From: Octopus sinensis
Taxonomy: Eukaryota
DNA length: 64,000 nt
Assembly (NCBI RefSeq): GCF_006345805.1
Contig: NC_043004.1
Location: 97,216,001 to 97,280,000, forward strand
Direction of reading: 5' to 3'
This document shows, piece after piece, positions 1-13,239 of this stretch. The notes under the pieces are model-generated. The model saw only the letters and a program-made list of their open reading frames with translations, was not told the DNA's origin and did not search any database. A program made the translations under genes and the position numbers. Position 1 is the first letter of the stretch. Each line of letters begins with the position of its first letter.

Positions 1-74
1 ACACACACACACACACACACATATATTTATATATATATATATATACATGTATATATATAAATGCATGCATGTAT

Positions 75-291
75 TTGTGTCTGTTTCTGTACCACTACCA
101 TCACTTGACGACTCATGGCGTGTTTACGTCTCCGTAACTTAGCGGTTCAGCACAAGATCTCGACAGAATTAGAACTATGCTTAAAAAGAATAAGTCCTGG
201 GGGTCGATTTGTTCGACTAAATGTGGTGCTCCAGTAATGGCCGCAGTCAAATGAATGAAACAAGCAAAAGAAATACAAAAAATAAAAGAAA
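75..291 (+). mobile_element. SINE family A, 3' half
   Basis: Matches the 3' module of the full copies (GGGGTCGATTTG..CTAA..GGTGCTCCAG..TGGCCGCAGTCAAATGAATGAAACAAG, A-rich tail). Confidence 0.85.
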
Positions 292-896
292 CATTGTATA
301 TTACATATATATATATATATGCATGAATTTATTCCATGTACTTTCTTGGCATATTTTAATTCTATGTCTTCTTGTTTAACACTTTAGTGAAACTATATTT
401 GCTTGATTTCATTGATTCTACTGTCGTTGAGACAGATCCATCAATGGACACTCGAGATTTTTTCTGACATCATGACATCATTCGGCTATTCTAGGAAAGC
501 AACGTTCTTTATCTTAATAAACATAAAGACTTAAAACGTTTTCTTTGACACACACACACACACTTTCCCTGTCTGTCTCTCTCTCTGTCCCTCTCTCTCA
601 CGTACACAAACATAGGCAGAGATAAAGATAGGAAGAGAAAGTTAGAGAGAACATGAGAACGTTTAAGAAAACATTGTAAACAATTAATCTTAATAAATGT
701 GCGAAGAATATAACATGCAGGCAGCCAAAGATAACAAAAAGAAGCAATACACACATACACGCACACATACACACACACATACACACGCACACATATATAT
801 ATACATATATATATATATTTGTATATATACATATGTATATATATGTGTGTGTGTGTATATGCACATGCATACATACACACGCACATACAGATGTGT

Positions 897-935
<39 letters not shown>

Positions 936-1632
936 TATATGTATATACATATCTACATATATACATACACGTATATGAATGTATACACACATGTATTTAC
1001 ATGTGTGTGTATATATATATATATATAGTTATATAACATATATATAATATCTATCTATATATATATATGCGTATATATGTATATGTGAGTGTGTGTGTGT
1101 GTATGTTCATACATACATACATGCATACATACGCTAAAGACTAAAAGTATTCATAGCCTGAAATATTGCCATTGGGGTTTCTTGTATGTGTATTGTTGCA
1201 TTTGTGTGCTTAGAAAAGTTGTTTTTTCTGGAGAAAACTTTATGTGCAAATTATTTTGATAAATGTTGTCAAAGACAAGGTGTGTGTATGTATATATATA
1301 TATAAATTTTTTTTTGTCTACTTAACATTTTTGGTGTGGAGGAGTTAGTCTTTACTTCTTGATTGATTGTTCGAAATTCTTTAATTGTTTGAAAAAAAAC
1401 GTTTACGCTAAAACTAGAAGCAACACGTCAACCTTTTGAGCATGAACCTTGGGGAAGGCAAATAAAGACAACTTTAGCTTAAAAATACATGTGTTTGACC
1501 AGAAATAGTTAAACCGTTTTGATAACTATTAAGCAATTTATTATTATCAGTCCAATTAGTTTTTGCAGTTGCTTTCATTGCGTGCCATAAGTTACTTATC
1601 GTCGTTTTAATCATACTGTGAATATGTGTATA

Positions 1633-1668
<36 letters not shown>

Positions 1669-1912
1669 TATGTATGTATATATACATAATCATATATACA
1701 TATATATTATATATTATATATTGTATTATATTATACTATATTATATATATATATATATTTAAGTAGTTGAATGAATTATGTTAGTATGGATAATTCGGTT
1801 AACCGATGCCTGGGTAGCAAATTCACGTCAGAAAAACACGGTTGAAGCTACATGCCAAGGGCAGAGATCACGTGCTTTCGTGTGGAAATTTGTGTGTTTT
1901 TTTAAATACAAA

Positions 1913-2246
1913 TAAATGAAAGAATGGAGTTGAACGACGATTTAACAAAATTCCTATATTCTCGACATATGTTTCGAAGGCTGCATATTCCTAATTTCGA
2001 AGGAATAAGGGGTGAATTATGTCGCCTTCTCATCAAGAAAATCAAGGAACTTATGTCAGCATCAAGATGAACAAAAGCTCTTAGATGACTGCCCACACGG
2101 AGCCCATAGCGATAATGAGTGTTTCTTTAAAATATTCCGTTATACGCAAAATATTCCTTCGAAATTAGGAATATGCAGCCTTCGAAACATATGTCGAGAA
2201 TAAAAGAATTTTGTTAAATCGACGTTCAACTACATTCTTTCATTTA
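1913..2246. repeat. Fold-back element: ~95-bp inverted arms (1913-2007 / 2152-2246) around a ~145-bp spacer
   Basis: Left arm ...ATTCTCGACATATGTTTCGAAGGCTGCATATTCCTAATTTCGAAGGAATA is the reverse complement of the right arm TATTCCTTCGAAATTAGGAATATGCAGCCTTCGAAACATATGTCGAGAAT... Confidence 0.9.
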
Positions 2247-2258
2247 TATATATATATA

Positions 2259-2307
<49 letters not shown>

Positions 2308-3935
2308 ATGTATGTATATATAAGTATTGAATGAAAAGAGGTTGCTCTTTCACGAGAATGTACTATATACAAGCCTACACCGGTTTAGCTCCATATCGAA
2401 TTCATTAAACTGTGTTAGTATTAGTGTTAAGAATTTCTAGAAGTCGCTATAGATATTTTCATCCATTTGATGTAGGAGAACATAATTTTGATAATATAAT
2501 ATAAGGAAAATGGAGAATTTGAACACAGAAAAAATCAATTTATCTATACAATAGTCAATTTCATATCGCCTACGTACATTTCAATTTCTTAACTTCATTC
2601 ATATTTTGCAATTAAGATTGCATTGTGTATTTAAATTGTAAAAATATCTTCGCGCGCGTAGTCAGTTTCCCCTAACAGATCTTTAAACGCAGAAAAGCTC
2701 GTGAACGAAATACAATCTCAAAAACAAATGAGGACATGGAAAAAAATCAGATAAAATACAACGCAATAATTTCAATTGCAAGTAACAATATCATTAGCAT
2801 AAAACATCATATGCATAACCTATAACATGAATGTACATCGAATAAACTAAATCTATAAAAATCATAGCAGCCGATAGGGATCTATAAGCGTGCAAAAATG
2901 CATCGAATATACATGAACAATGAAGTGTCGGCTAAACCTTTCACAGAGTATTGTAAATAAATTGTACCACTTACTTTGTATCCACAATGACCTTGTTTAC
3001 AATCAGTGAGCTTGTGATGAGGGCACAGATGTTTATGTGCGTGCGAACTCACACATTCAATGGGTATTTTACAGTTTCTGTCTACCAAACTACCTCAACG
3101 TATTAGTCAATCGGCAATTATATTTGATGACACCTGCTACCAATGTCTATACTGTGTGGGGGAAAAGTACTGTCATGCGGACTTATAGTAAACTTTTTTC
3201 ATCTCAGTAATCACCAAAAGATATTACATATATATATAGGATTGAAAATTTATTTAATGAACAAGGCCAAAAAAAAGAAGAAATATATTTCGGAGTATCG
3301 ATTCATCAACTACCTTGTGCAAAAAAGAAAAACAAAAAAAACATACGAATAGTATAGATTCTTTGTACGTATTGAATACATGCAGAAAGATAAAAAAAAG
3401 TAAATAAATTATATATATATCCGCAAAATATTGAAGTTAACACTCAAATGTGAATGTACAATCAAAATTCCAGGAAAAAGAGATCCTTAATGGTGAATGC
3501 AGAAGTTGCAGCTCTTCTAACATGACTATGAATTGTCATTTGTCCCTATCATTATAAATACATTAGGTTATCTACCAACATATTTGCAGAAAAGCGTAGA
3601 AATACTCGGTTTCACGGAGAAAGAGCTAAAAGGAACTGACACGGATTCTCTTAATCCAATCTATTAGTGATACAGTGAAGATTCGTAAGACATTCCCCAA
3701 ATTCTCCATCTGAGATTCTTATGTGAATAGATGCACACATTTGGGTGAATGCATCGACAGTTCAACAAATACACCGACTCACCCACTTATTCACAAACAC
3801 CGTAAATTAGCGTAAGTCAAAATGTCTTGTCATTTTGTTGGCGATCGGTTCGATCTCTCTCAAGAACTTAACTAAAACTCAAAGAAAAATCTAACTTACA
3901 TATTTATGCATACACACACATATTTATATGTATGT

Positions 3936-4303
3936 GTGGAGGCGCAATGGCTCAGTGGTTAGGGCAGCGGACTCGCGGCCATAGGATCGCAGTTTCGATT
4001 CCCAGACCGGGCGTTGTGAGTGTTTATTGAGCGAAAACACCTAAAGCTCCACGAGGCTCCGGCAGGGGGTGGTGACGATCCCTGCTGTACTCTTTCACCA
4101 CAACTTTCTCTGACTCTTACTTCCTGTTTCTGTTGTACCTGTATTTCACACTCTGTGTCACGCTGAATATCCCCGAGAGCTACGTTAAGGGTGCACGTGT
4201 CTGTGAAGTGCTCAGCCACTTACACGTTAATTTCACGAGCAGGCGGTTCCGTTGATTCGGATCAACCGGAACCCTCGTCGTCGTAACCGATGGAGTGCTT
4301 CCA
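3936..4303 (+). mobile_element. tRNA-derived SINE family C, full length
   Basis: tRNA-like head with A box TGGCTCAGTGG and B-box-like GTTTCGATTCC; 3' module (CACGTTAATTTCACGAG...GATCAACCGGAACCCTCG) shared with copies at 56830-57110 and 63130-63400. Confidence 0.85.
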
Positions 4304-4514
4304 TTCCATATATGTATGTACATGCATGGATATATGTGCATCTGTATTCGTATAAACGGAGTCGTGTGTGTTTTGTGATTCAACTGCAACGCTTGTGCAT
4401 CCTTAGCTTACACTGGGTATATGGAATTCCTACCTACGCCACTTCTGTATATTGAGGAAGGCTATTTACTTGACGACAGCAAGGCCTTTTCTGTTTTCCT
4501 ACGGAATATATTAG

Positions 4515-4850
4515 TTTTTCTTTTTTACTTGTTTCAGTCGTTTGACAGCGGCCATGCTGGAGCACCGCCTTTAGTCGATCAAATCGACCCCAGGACTTAC
4601 TCTTTGGAAGCCTAGTACTTATTCTATCGGTCACTTTTGCCGAACCGCTAAGTTACGGGTACGTAAACACACCAGCATCGGTTGTCAAGCGATGTTGGGG
4701 GGGGGGACAAACACAGACACCCAAATATATACACACATATACACATATATATATATACATATATATGACGGGCTTCATTCAGTTTCCGTCTACCAAATTC
4801 ACTCACAAGGCTTTGGTCGGCCCGAGGCTATAGTAGAAGACAATTGCCCA
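4515..4850 (-). mobile_element. SINE family A, 5'-truncated
   Basis: Reverse complement of the family A body and tail, with internal (TA/CA) microsatellite. Confidence 0.9.
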
Positions 4851-6548
4851 CATTTTTGTTTTAAAGTCTGATTTTCCATTGTTGTACGGATCAGACGGAA
4901 TTCCTACGACTACATACCCTTCTACTTACCAAATCATCCGTTACTGGTTTCCAAACAATGTAACATTTTCCCATGACCAAGTCTGTTCCATAGTAGACTT
5001 GAAATGAATAGCTGGGTTTGTATGAATGTGACGTTTCTTTTTAAATGCCCTGTGATATCGAGACATGAACGTACAAGCACACATATATACATATGCATAT
5101 ACAATGAGCTTCTTTCAGTTCCCATGTACCAAATCCACTCACGAAGATTTGTCTGCACCAGTTTATAGTACGACTTGATAGAAGTGCCATGCAGTAGGAT
5201 TGATATTTTGTCAATTAAATTTTAGATACTGAAAGTAAGAGAAAGATTAGTTTAAGTGTATGCAAAACCATATAGCGTAGAACTGATTTCTTGATGTGAC
5301 AAAACTGGAAAATATTTTAGGGTATGATTATTGTTGACTAAAATGATTGGTGGTTATATTAGTGACATCTAGTGCTATGAAAGGCACAAACATTCCTGTT
5401 TGAATTTGAACTCAAGACGGAAGGGGACACAAATACAACACGGCATTTATTTATCCAGTATTATACTGTGTTGATTAATTAATGCTTGTTAATGTCATCT
5501 TTCATATGCTCGGCTCGAATTTAGGAAGAATTTATAATCGAATCTCTTTAAAGAGTCACTTAGACTGGTTAGTTATTTACACAAGAATTGTTTCTCCCCC
5601 GAATCTTTTACTGATTTCAGCACAAAGACAATGCTACTTAACTTTACTCACCTTCCAACAACAGTAGAATTATAATAAATGTACTGCTGAATCAAGGACA
5701 GTAATTGTTTATAGGTCATATCATTACTTCAAGCATTTGATGGCATTTCTACTAACTTTTTCTTAATAATTCTAGTTTCATTGTTCAAACTGTTGTAGTT
5801 CATGATATTATTGCTCTTCTTCTTACCACTGACGTTGTTGCTACTGCTGTTGTTGTTGTTGTTGTCGTTGCGCTAGCTATTCTCAATAAATCTTTCCGAT
5901 GTTCATGCTAATCAGTAAATCACTGACGAATGCAATGAACAAGCAAATTCGAACAAAAGTCGTTACATCAGTCTGCGTAAATTACGTTCCCCAGTAATAA
6001 CGAGTCACCTTTGCACGACTCTTGCTTCATTATCGACGACAAAAATCTGTTGAATATTTTATTTTTGCTCTAAAGCTTATTAGCAGGCTGACTTTTCATA
6101 GGAAAGGTCTACGATTAATCAAGTGTTCTCTCTTAGAAGTCTGAATAATATCAAAGATACATCTCACATTAGCTGAATACTTTCTATCTGATCGAATGTC
6201 GTTTGTAATTGGACAGAACAGACAACAGTTTCATAAAGGTGAAAGGTAAATGTGAACAAATTTTCCACTTGAATTTTCTGCAAATATTGTCTCTCCTCTG
6301 GTGATAGAAGCAATTATTGGCTGAATGGAATAACACTGACAATTAACAAGTCTTCCTATTTCAGGATTTCTTTAACGTGAATCAGATAGAATGAAATATG
6401 AACATACAATTTGTTTCACAATAGATACCCATGACTTTTAGTATTGTATGAATTATAAATTTCTGTCGTATTGTATACAAATTCCAATAATATCATATGC
6501 AAGAGTATATGATACAGGATTTATCTTTGATAATGATGATAATAGCAC

Positions 6549-6633
<85 letters not shown>

Positions 6634-6655
6634 AAGAAGAAGAAGAAGAAGAAGA
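6549..6655. repeat. Compound microsatellite (AAT)n(AAG)n
   Basis: Direct reading. Confidence 0.98.
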
Positions 6656-7774
6656 ATTTCAAAAGTCAGAAGGGTATGAAGTTGCTAAGAATAGTTAATA
6701 TCAAAAGTAAAGGCATTAACATTTGCAGCAATAAAGCTCTCTTAGTCACGTTCTAAGTTCAAATCTTGCTGTAATCAACCCTTTTCTTCTATAATGTAGC
6801 CATTGTTTAACGCTGTATATTGATGTCGTTTCTACTGAATAATCCATTTTATATCTACTCAAAATAAAGGTAATATTAAATATAGTTTTTTTAATATAAA
6901 TATGGTGTAAATTGCTACTCAGCAAACAATTGCTTCTTCATGCCTCATTAACATTTTAGAGTAATCTATTAAGCTGCATGTGGTGGTTTTGACTCATTTC
7001 AGGAATCTTGAAGAGTTTGGGTTTAATTTCATTCCCCATTACACCTAGGTGAGCAGTGCTATTCACCGATCCCAGTTTGAGGTCAAATAATGGATGGTGA
7101 ATTTTGAGGACAGCTGGCTCTTAGACATGTGCCACACAGGCCCACCAGTGTGTGTCTACGTATGATACGGTGAAGCTACATAAGTATAAAATAGATCTTG
7201 TGTTTCAATGGTAAGCTCAAGAGAGCAGGAGATGACCAGCGTAAGTTATAAAACAATGGAAAACTACCGCTATATCTTTACCAAGAAAAAACACGGAACC
7301 TTCGGATGCTGGCATAAAAGTTCCTGCTGTTTTAGACACGAAGAGAGAGAGAGAGAGAGAGAGAGGCGGGGGGAGAAAAAGAGAACGAGCTAGAGGAGCA
7401 TTAACAGACCCTACTGTATCACAATTTCTTTGTTGCTTTGTGGGGCTCGTCGATATCCGCGGTCTTCCGGGACATTTCTTGTGGACATTTGGAGCAGTTC
7501 CATCTGTTTCAGACATATTTAATTCGAGTGATTATAAGTCGCATTGGTGGATCTGTTCGGACCCCTGTCCCGCTAAACTTACTTTGCACATGGCTGCGTT
7601 CTCATAATTCCAGTAGCACTTTCGGACATATCTTGTTTGATCAAAGCTTAGTATGGATGCCTTAATTATTTCTAACACATTAAATCTAAAAACAAATTTA
7701 AAATGTGTGTATATATACGTTTGAAGGAACAAACTATGCAACCATACACACGCGCACACAAACTCACACACACG

Positions 7775-7805
<31 letters not shown>

Positions 7806-8077
7806 GGAGATAACCATCAAAACGATGAATACCTTCGCATAAGCCATTGGTTCGTTTTGTTCTCTTACTTTATTATCATCTTATAATCATGTCATAATAA
7901 TGACTTTTATGACTCGTATTACTACCTCAGTCAATCTAAATGTATATATTTGTCGCTAATTGTCATAAATAGCCTTTTTCTATTTGCAATATGCATTTTC
8001 GTTGATTTTTCATTTTTTTACCCTTACATTTCCACGTGTATTTTATATTTTCTTTTCGTAACATATTTCTACTATAT

Positions 8078-8165
<88 letters not shown>

Positions 8166-10124
8166 ATGTATTATATTAACGTATATGATAACTTATGTCA
8201 TATATTATATGTTTGTCAAAGAAACCAAATAAAATAACTCAATGCTACTTTTTAATATTAGTAGAGTGAACACAATTTATTGGTAGATATTCCGGCATAT
8301 GTACCATTTATTTCACTGTATTAAGTTTGTCAGAGCATTATTTCTGCTAGTGGTATGAAAAACGTCATATATCGAATCAAATTTTACATGTTCAGCACAA
8401 ATACCAATAAAAATATGTGTAGTTTCGTGTATATGTGTTTATGTAAGTGTATAAACCACAGAATTGCGTATTTTTGTTTATTATAATCCTACCTGAAGAT
8501 ATGCGCAGAAAACTCATGAATGATAAGACTTATTTCAATTTCGATTATTTATTCTTATTAGAGTCATCTCAAATTTCTGAGGTTTGTGTTATCTATATAA
8601 ACTTTTATATTTTATTTCACTATTTCATTATTGTAATTGAATGTATTCAACTTCTGTGTAAAATTTAGTCGAAGGAAAAAGAACAGTAAGCAAGACCTTT
8701 TCCAGAAGTTTCGGGGGCAGTAGGTGTAATGAAGGAAGCTATCCTCAATCCGAAGACCTGTCCTATATACTTGTAACAGAATGGTTTCATCTATGACGAG
8801 GTGGAGGTTTAAAGTCGGTGACGGATGAAATCTACCACCAAGAACCTGATGTATAGACACACTAATGCAGACACATATACAGGTGGACATTAAAAGATTT
8901 ACAATCTCGCTTTATTTTCTAAATAGCATTTATCTGAAACTATTACCATCGTCACCAAAACTTGTCCCATCATCAGCTTAATGTATATGCTTTGATTCTA
9001 AGATGGGTGTCAATAAAATAAGAATAGAAACGAAAATAGATAGAGGTAAAAAGAGAAACTGATAAAATAACTCTTTCTAAAACGACAGACAGTAAAAGAA
9101 CTGGAATGGCAAATGAGGACAATCTATTTTTATTCTACATGTTTTTCAGAAAAAAATAATAATAAGTAGATTAAGAAAAAGGAGAAACACACAAAAATAA
9201 TGAGAGGAAGATATAAAGACAAAAACAAAAAAAGTGCTGTTTAATATTACGAATTGTATCAAAAGATAGTTTTCATCTTGATAAGCTAGAGGATATTTTG
9301 AAAACCGGTGATAATATATATTCTATGCATAATGTTGCTGTTGTGGCAGTTTATATGCATGTATAGGTGAGGGCATCCGTATTTACGTGTGTGCAATGGT
9401 GAGGAATTTAAGTAGAGATATTGCATATCAGAATTGCATATGTATTTATATGAAAGTATTTGCATGTATGAGTAGCATATAACTTATCGCATATATATAT
9501 GTGTGTGTGTGTGCATTTGTGTATGTGTGTGTGAAAAACCACATACTTATTTTGATATATGTATATTTTGTGATATTCTTTTGCACGATTTCATTATAAA
9601 AGATATGTGGGCATGCTTATACAAACACACGCACGCACACACACACACACACATACACACAAAATATAAATACATTTGACACGTACATACATATAAATAT
9701 ATATAAATACATATATTATTGCATACATGGAATAGCTTAATACATACACATGAATATTAAATATATACATATATGTATATATGTTATATACATATATGCA
9801 TATATGTATATATATTGTATATATACTTTTTTTTATTTATATATGTACATACATAGAAGTGTACATTTATATAGATATTTTAACTATGTGATAAGAATTC
9901 CTCTTGTTATGGCAGAGCCAGCTTCAGAATAGAGATATCTAAAAGACCTCCACGAAAAGATAACATAGCCTTCTATCTTCCTTTATTTTTGTTCAACATT
10001 TCTATCTTCACCTTCATCATCATCTTCATCATTATCTCGTTCTTTTTCTTTCTCTTTTTCTCCTTTCGATTTCGTTCGTTTCTTTCATTTTATTTTATTT
10101 GTTTTCGTTTTGTTTTTGTTTCAG

Positions 10125-10142
10125 CCGGGACGATGAGACAGG
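10125..10142 (+). other. Candidate 18-nt microexon of an unidentified host gene
   Basis: Long pyrimidine tract ending TTTGTTTCAG | CCGGGACGATGAGACAGG | GTGAGT; length is a multiple of 3; no transcript evidence. Confidence 0.4.
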
Positions 10143-10624
10143 GTGAGTTGTTGGTAAGTTGCGGGTTACAGAAATCCAACTTGAAGCCTTCCAGCTTTTG
10201 CTTACAATTAACGCTCCATTGAACAAACTATGAAAAACGGAGAGGACAAGTCTTATCGGCCAATAGTTATTACAAGAAGCAATGGAACGAAATATCTCCA
10301 ATATTTTATTTTTCTCTTTTCCTTTTTCTCTTCTTCTTCTTCTTCTTATCCAACTATGTCTCCAGAAGTATAACGACATTTTTGTTCATTACATTTTATC
10401 TTTGTTTCTGTTATTGTTTTCATTGGTGGTGGAAATGGTGGCAGTGGTGTGGAGAAATAAAGGTATTTATGGATTTATTTTTGCATTGCTTTGCTTTCTT
10501 TCGCTCTTTAAACAGAAAAAATCTTAATGTAATGCTGGACAAAGCATTAGTAAAAAGAAAAAAAAGAAGCATAGTAAGCTATCTGTCCGTTTGTCTGACT
10601 CGTGTTTGTGTGTTTGTCTATGTA

Positions 10625-10637
10625 TTTGCCTACTGAT

Positions 10638-10672
<35 letters not shown>

Positions 10673-10936
10673 GCCTTTTTCTGTCTATTTCTCTCTCTCT
10701 CTCTCTCTGTCTTTTTCTGTCTATTTCTTTCTCTCTCTCTCTCTTTCTCTCTCTGTCTCTGTCTTTTTCTGTATATTTCTGTCTTTCTTCCTCAATAGCA
10801 GTCACTCTACCCTCTACCCTCCACTTTCTCTTTCAATATATCTCTTCTCTCTCTCTCTCTCTTTTACTCACTCATTCACTCACTCACTCACTCACTTACT
10901 CACTCACTCACTCACTCACTCTCTTTCTCTCTCTCT

Positions 10937-10967
<31 letters not shown>

Positions 10968-10980
10968 GCTCGCTCACTCA
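10625..10980. repeat. (CT)n/(CTCA)n compound microsatellite
   Basis: Direct reading. Confidence 0.95.
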
Positions 10981-11541
10981 CTCTATTGATCGATATTTTA
11001 CATTGTGAATGTGAGAATGAAAATGGAAATTGAAAATGCGAATGAATGCCGAAGGAAGAGAGAGAAGTATGAGAAGAAGAGATTGTCACGATGTGGCAAG
11101 GTGGGGTAGGTTCAGCTGTCAACTGATAAGTCAATATCATTCGTATATGTGATATGATTGATACATGAGATCCTCTAGGTAATGAAACATGCAGTGTATT
11201 TCCATAAAGAACAATTATACATGAATAACTTTGCATAATTGTATTATACACACACATACACACACACACACATGTTTTTGTACTTGGTTAAAACTAACTC
11301 GACTCAATGACCAGACTACACAAAGTGAGCAAATATTTTACTCTTTGCCACAGAAAAACAAAGCTATTATGGAGATATGTCACATTTATATCGCGGTGAT
11401 TAGTGTTTCTCGCTTGGTCAATCTGCACTTGCCATTTGCATAAAAAAATAGACATCTTCATAATTGATCGAAAGTGTATGGCTCAAAATAATAGAATCAA
11501 CCTTTCTCAAATGAAGAAATTATCTCCCGTGAATATTATCA

Positions 11542-11962
11542 TACTCTTTTACTCTTTTACTTGTTTCAGTCATTTGACTGCGGCCATGCTGGAGCACCGC
11601 CTTTAGTCGAGCAAATCGACCCCTGGACTTATCCTTTGTAAGCCTAGTACTTATTCCATCGGTGTCTTTTGCCGAACCGCTGAGTTACGGGTACGTAAGC
11701 ACACCAGCATCGGTTGTCAAGCGGTCTTGGGGTGGGGTGGGAGCAAACACAGACACACAAACATATACACACATACACACATATATATACATATATACGA
11801 TGGGCTTCTTTCAGTTTCCGTCTACCAAATCCACTCACAAGGCTTTGGTCGGTCCGAGGCTATAGTAGAAGACCATTGCCCAAGGTGCCACACAGTGGTA
11901 CTGAACCCGGAACCATTGTGGTTGGTAAGTAAGCTACTTACCACACAGCCACTCCTGCGCCT
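11542..11962 (-). mobile_element. SINE family A, full length
   Basis: Minus strand begins AGGCGCAGGAGTGGCTGTGTGGTAAGTAG (tRNA-like head), has CCTTGGGCAA CORE-like motif and ends (TAAAAGAG)n. Confidence 0.95.
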
Positions 11963-12363
11963 ATATTTACAGAATATTTTCGTCCATAATACTTTCTGAA
12001 TATTCAGTACAATGAAAGCGGCCATAGAATTTTCAGGGTCTCCCGGACTCATTTCTGTAGTGAACACAGAAGAGCAATCGAGAGAAATAGTTCTGGAATG
12101 GATTGATTTAAGAATATTCATTACAAAGTTTGAAAGAGAGGCACTGAAACGTGAGAAAATGAAAGATGCGGGAAGCATGGCCATTGTATTAAGTAAAGCA
12201 AGGGTGGAAGTCTTGCATAGCTTGCTGGTTCAGAGAAGTTATTGTACGAATGATAGAAGAAACAGCACATTTGTGAGTCAGTGCCAATCAAGGAAGTGAA
12301 CTTAGGAGACTTTCTAAGAAACGGTTTGTGTAGCAACAGTTTGATCCAATACGTCATCAGTAT

Positions 12364-12529
12364 AGGCGCAGGAGTGGCTGTGTGGTAAGTAGCTTGCTTA
12401 CCAACCACATGGTTCCGGGTTCAGTCCCACTGCGTGGCACCTTGGGTAAGTGTCTTCTGCTATAGCCCCGGGCCGACCAATGCCTTGTGAGTGGATTTGG
12501 TAGACGGAAACTGAAAGAAGCCTGTCGTA

Positions 12530-12571
<42 letters not shown>

Positions 12572-12810
12572 ATATATATATGTATTTGTGTGTATGTTTG
12601 TGTGTCTATGTTTGTCCCCCTAGCATTGCCTGATAACCGATGCTGGTGTGTTTACGTCCCCGTCACATAGCGGTTCGGCAAAAGAGACCGATAGAATAAG
12701 TACTGGGCTTACAAAGAATAAGTCCCGGGGTCGATTTGCTCGACTAAAGGCGGTGCTCCAGCATGGCCGTAGTCAAATGACTGAAACAAGTAAAAGAGTA
12801 AAAGAGTAAA
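12364..12810 (+). mobile_element. SINE family A, full length
   Basis: Head TGGCTGTGTGG...GGTTCAGTCCC, internal (TA)n(TG)n, tail GGTGCTCCAGCATGGCCGTAGTCAAATGACTGAAACAAG(TAAAAGAG)n. Confidence 0.95.
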
Positions 12811-13084
12811 ATAGTAGTTCTACCATTCTGACAAAACTGAGCGGTTTGAGAAGTTTGTTTTTCAACCATTTAGTTTCACATTCAGCCTCACTGCTCGGCA
12901 TCTTGACTAAGTGACTTCTTCTACTGGCCGGAGTCCACTTGTGAGTCGATTTTCTAGATAGAAACAGGAAAGAAGCTCTATGTTACACAACTCTGTGTAT
13001 GTGTGTTTATGTGTGTGTATGGAGGTGCATGTGTTGTGTTTGTTCTGTGAGATGGCTTGTACGAGACTATGTGGATGCTGCTGT

Positions 13085-13165
13085 CTTCTTCTTCTTCTTC
13101 TTCTTCGTCTTCTTCTTCTTCTTCTTCGTCTTCTTCTTCTTCTTCTTCTTCTTCTTCTTTTTCTT
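13085..13165. repeat. (TTC)n microsatellite
   Basis: Direct reading. Confidence 0.95.
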
Positions 13166-13239
13166 TTTCCTCTTTTTCCAATCAGGATTCATGCCATTAG
13201 TCGCAAAGAATAATCTCTAATTCGAGCCTACTCCAAGCT

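Noticed and set aside
509-1036. Long ORFs rich in YI/CV/HT/N/L runs here and at 6448, 10591, 14360, 20762, 27798, 51422, 59890, 61048-62088
   Set aside because: Translations of (TA)n, (TG)n, (CT)n and (AAT)n microsatellites; not genes
3285-3320. Minus-strand TTGATGA...GAAATATAT hammerhead-like string
   Set aside because: No stem II and no stem I pairing
7577-7600. Minus-strand GCAGCCATGTGCAAA/GTAAGT, a possible start exon
   Set aside because: Only a Kozak-like ATG and a donor; no recognisable peptide or supporting exons, so chance occurrence is plausible
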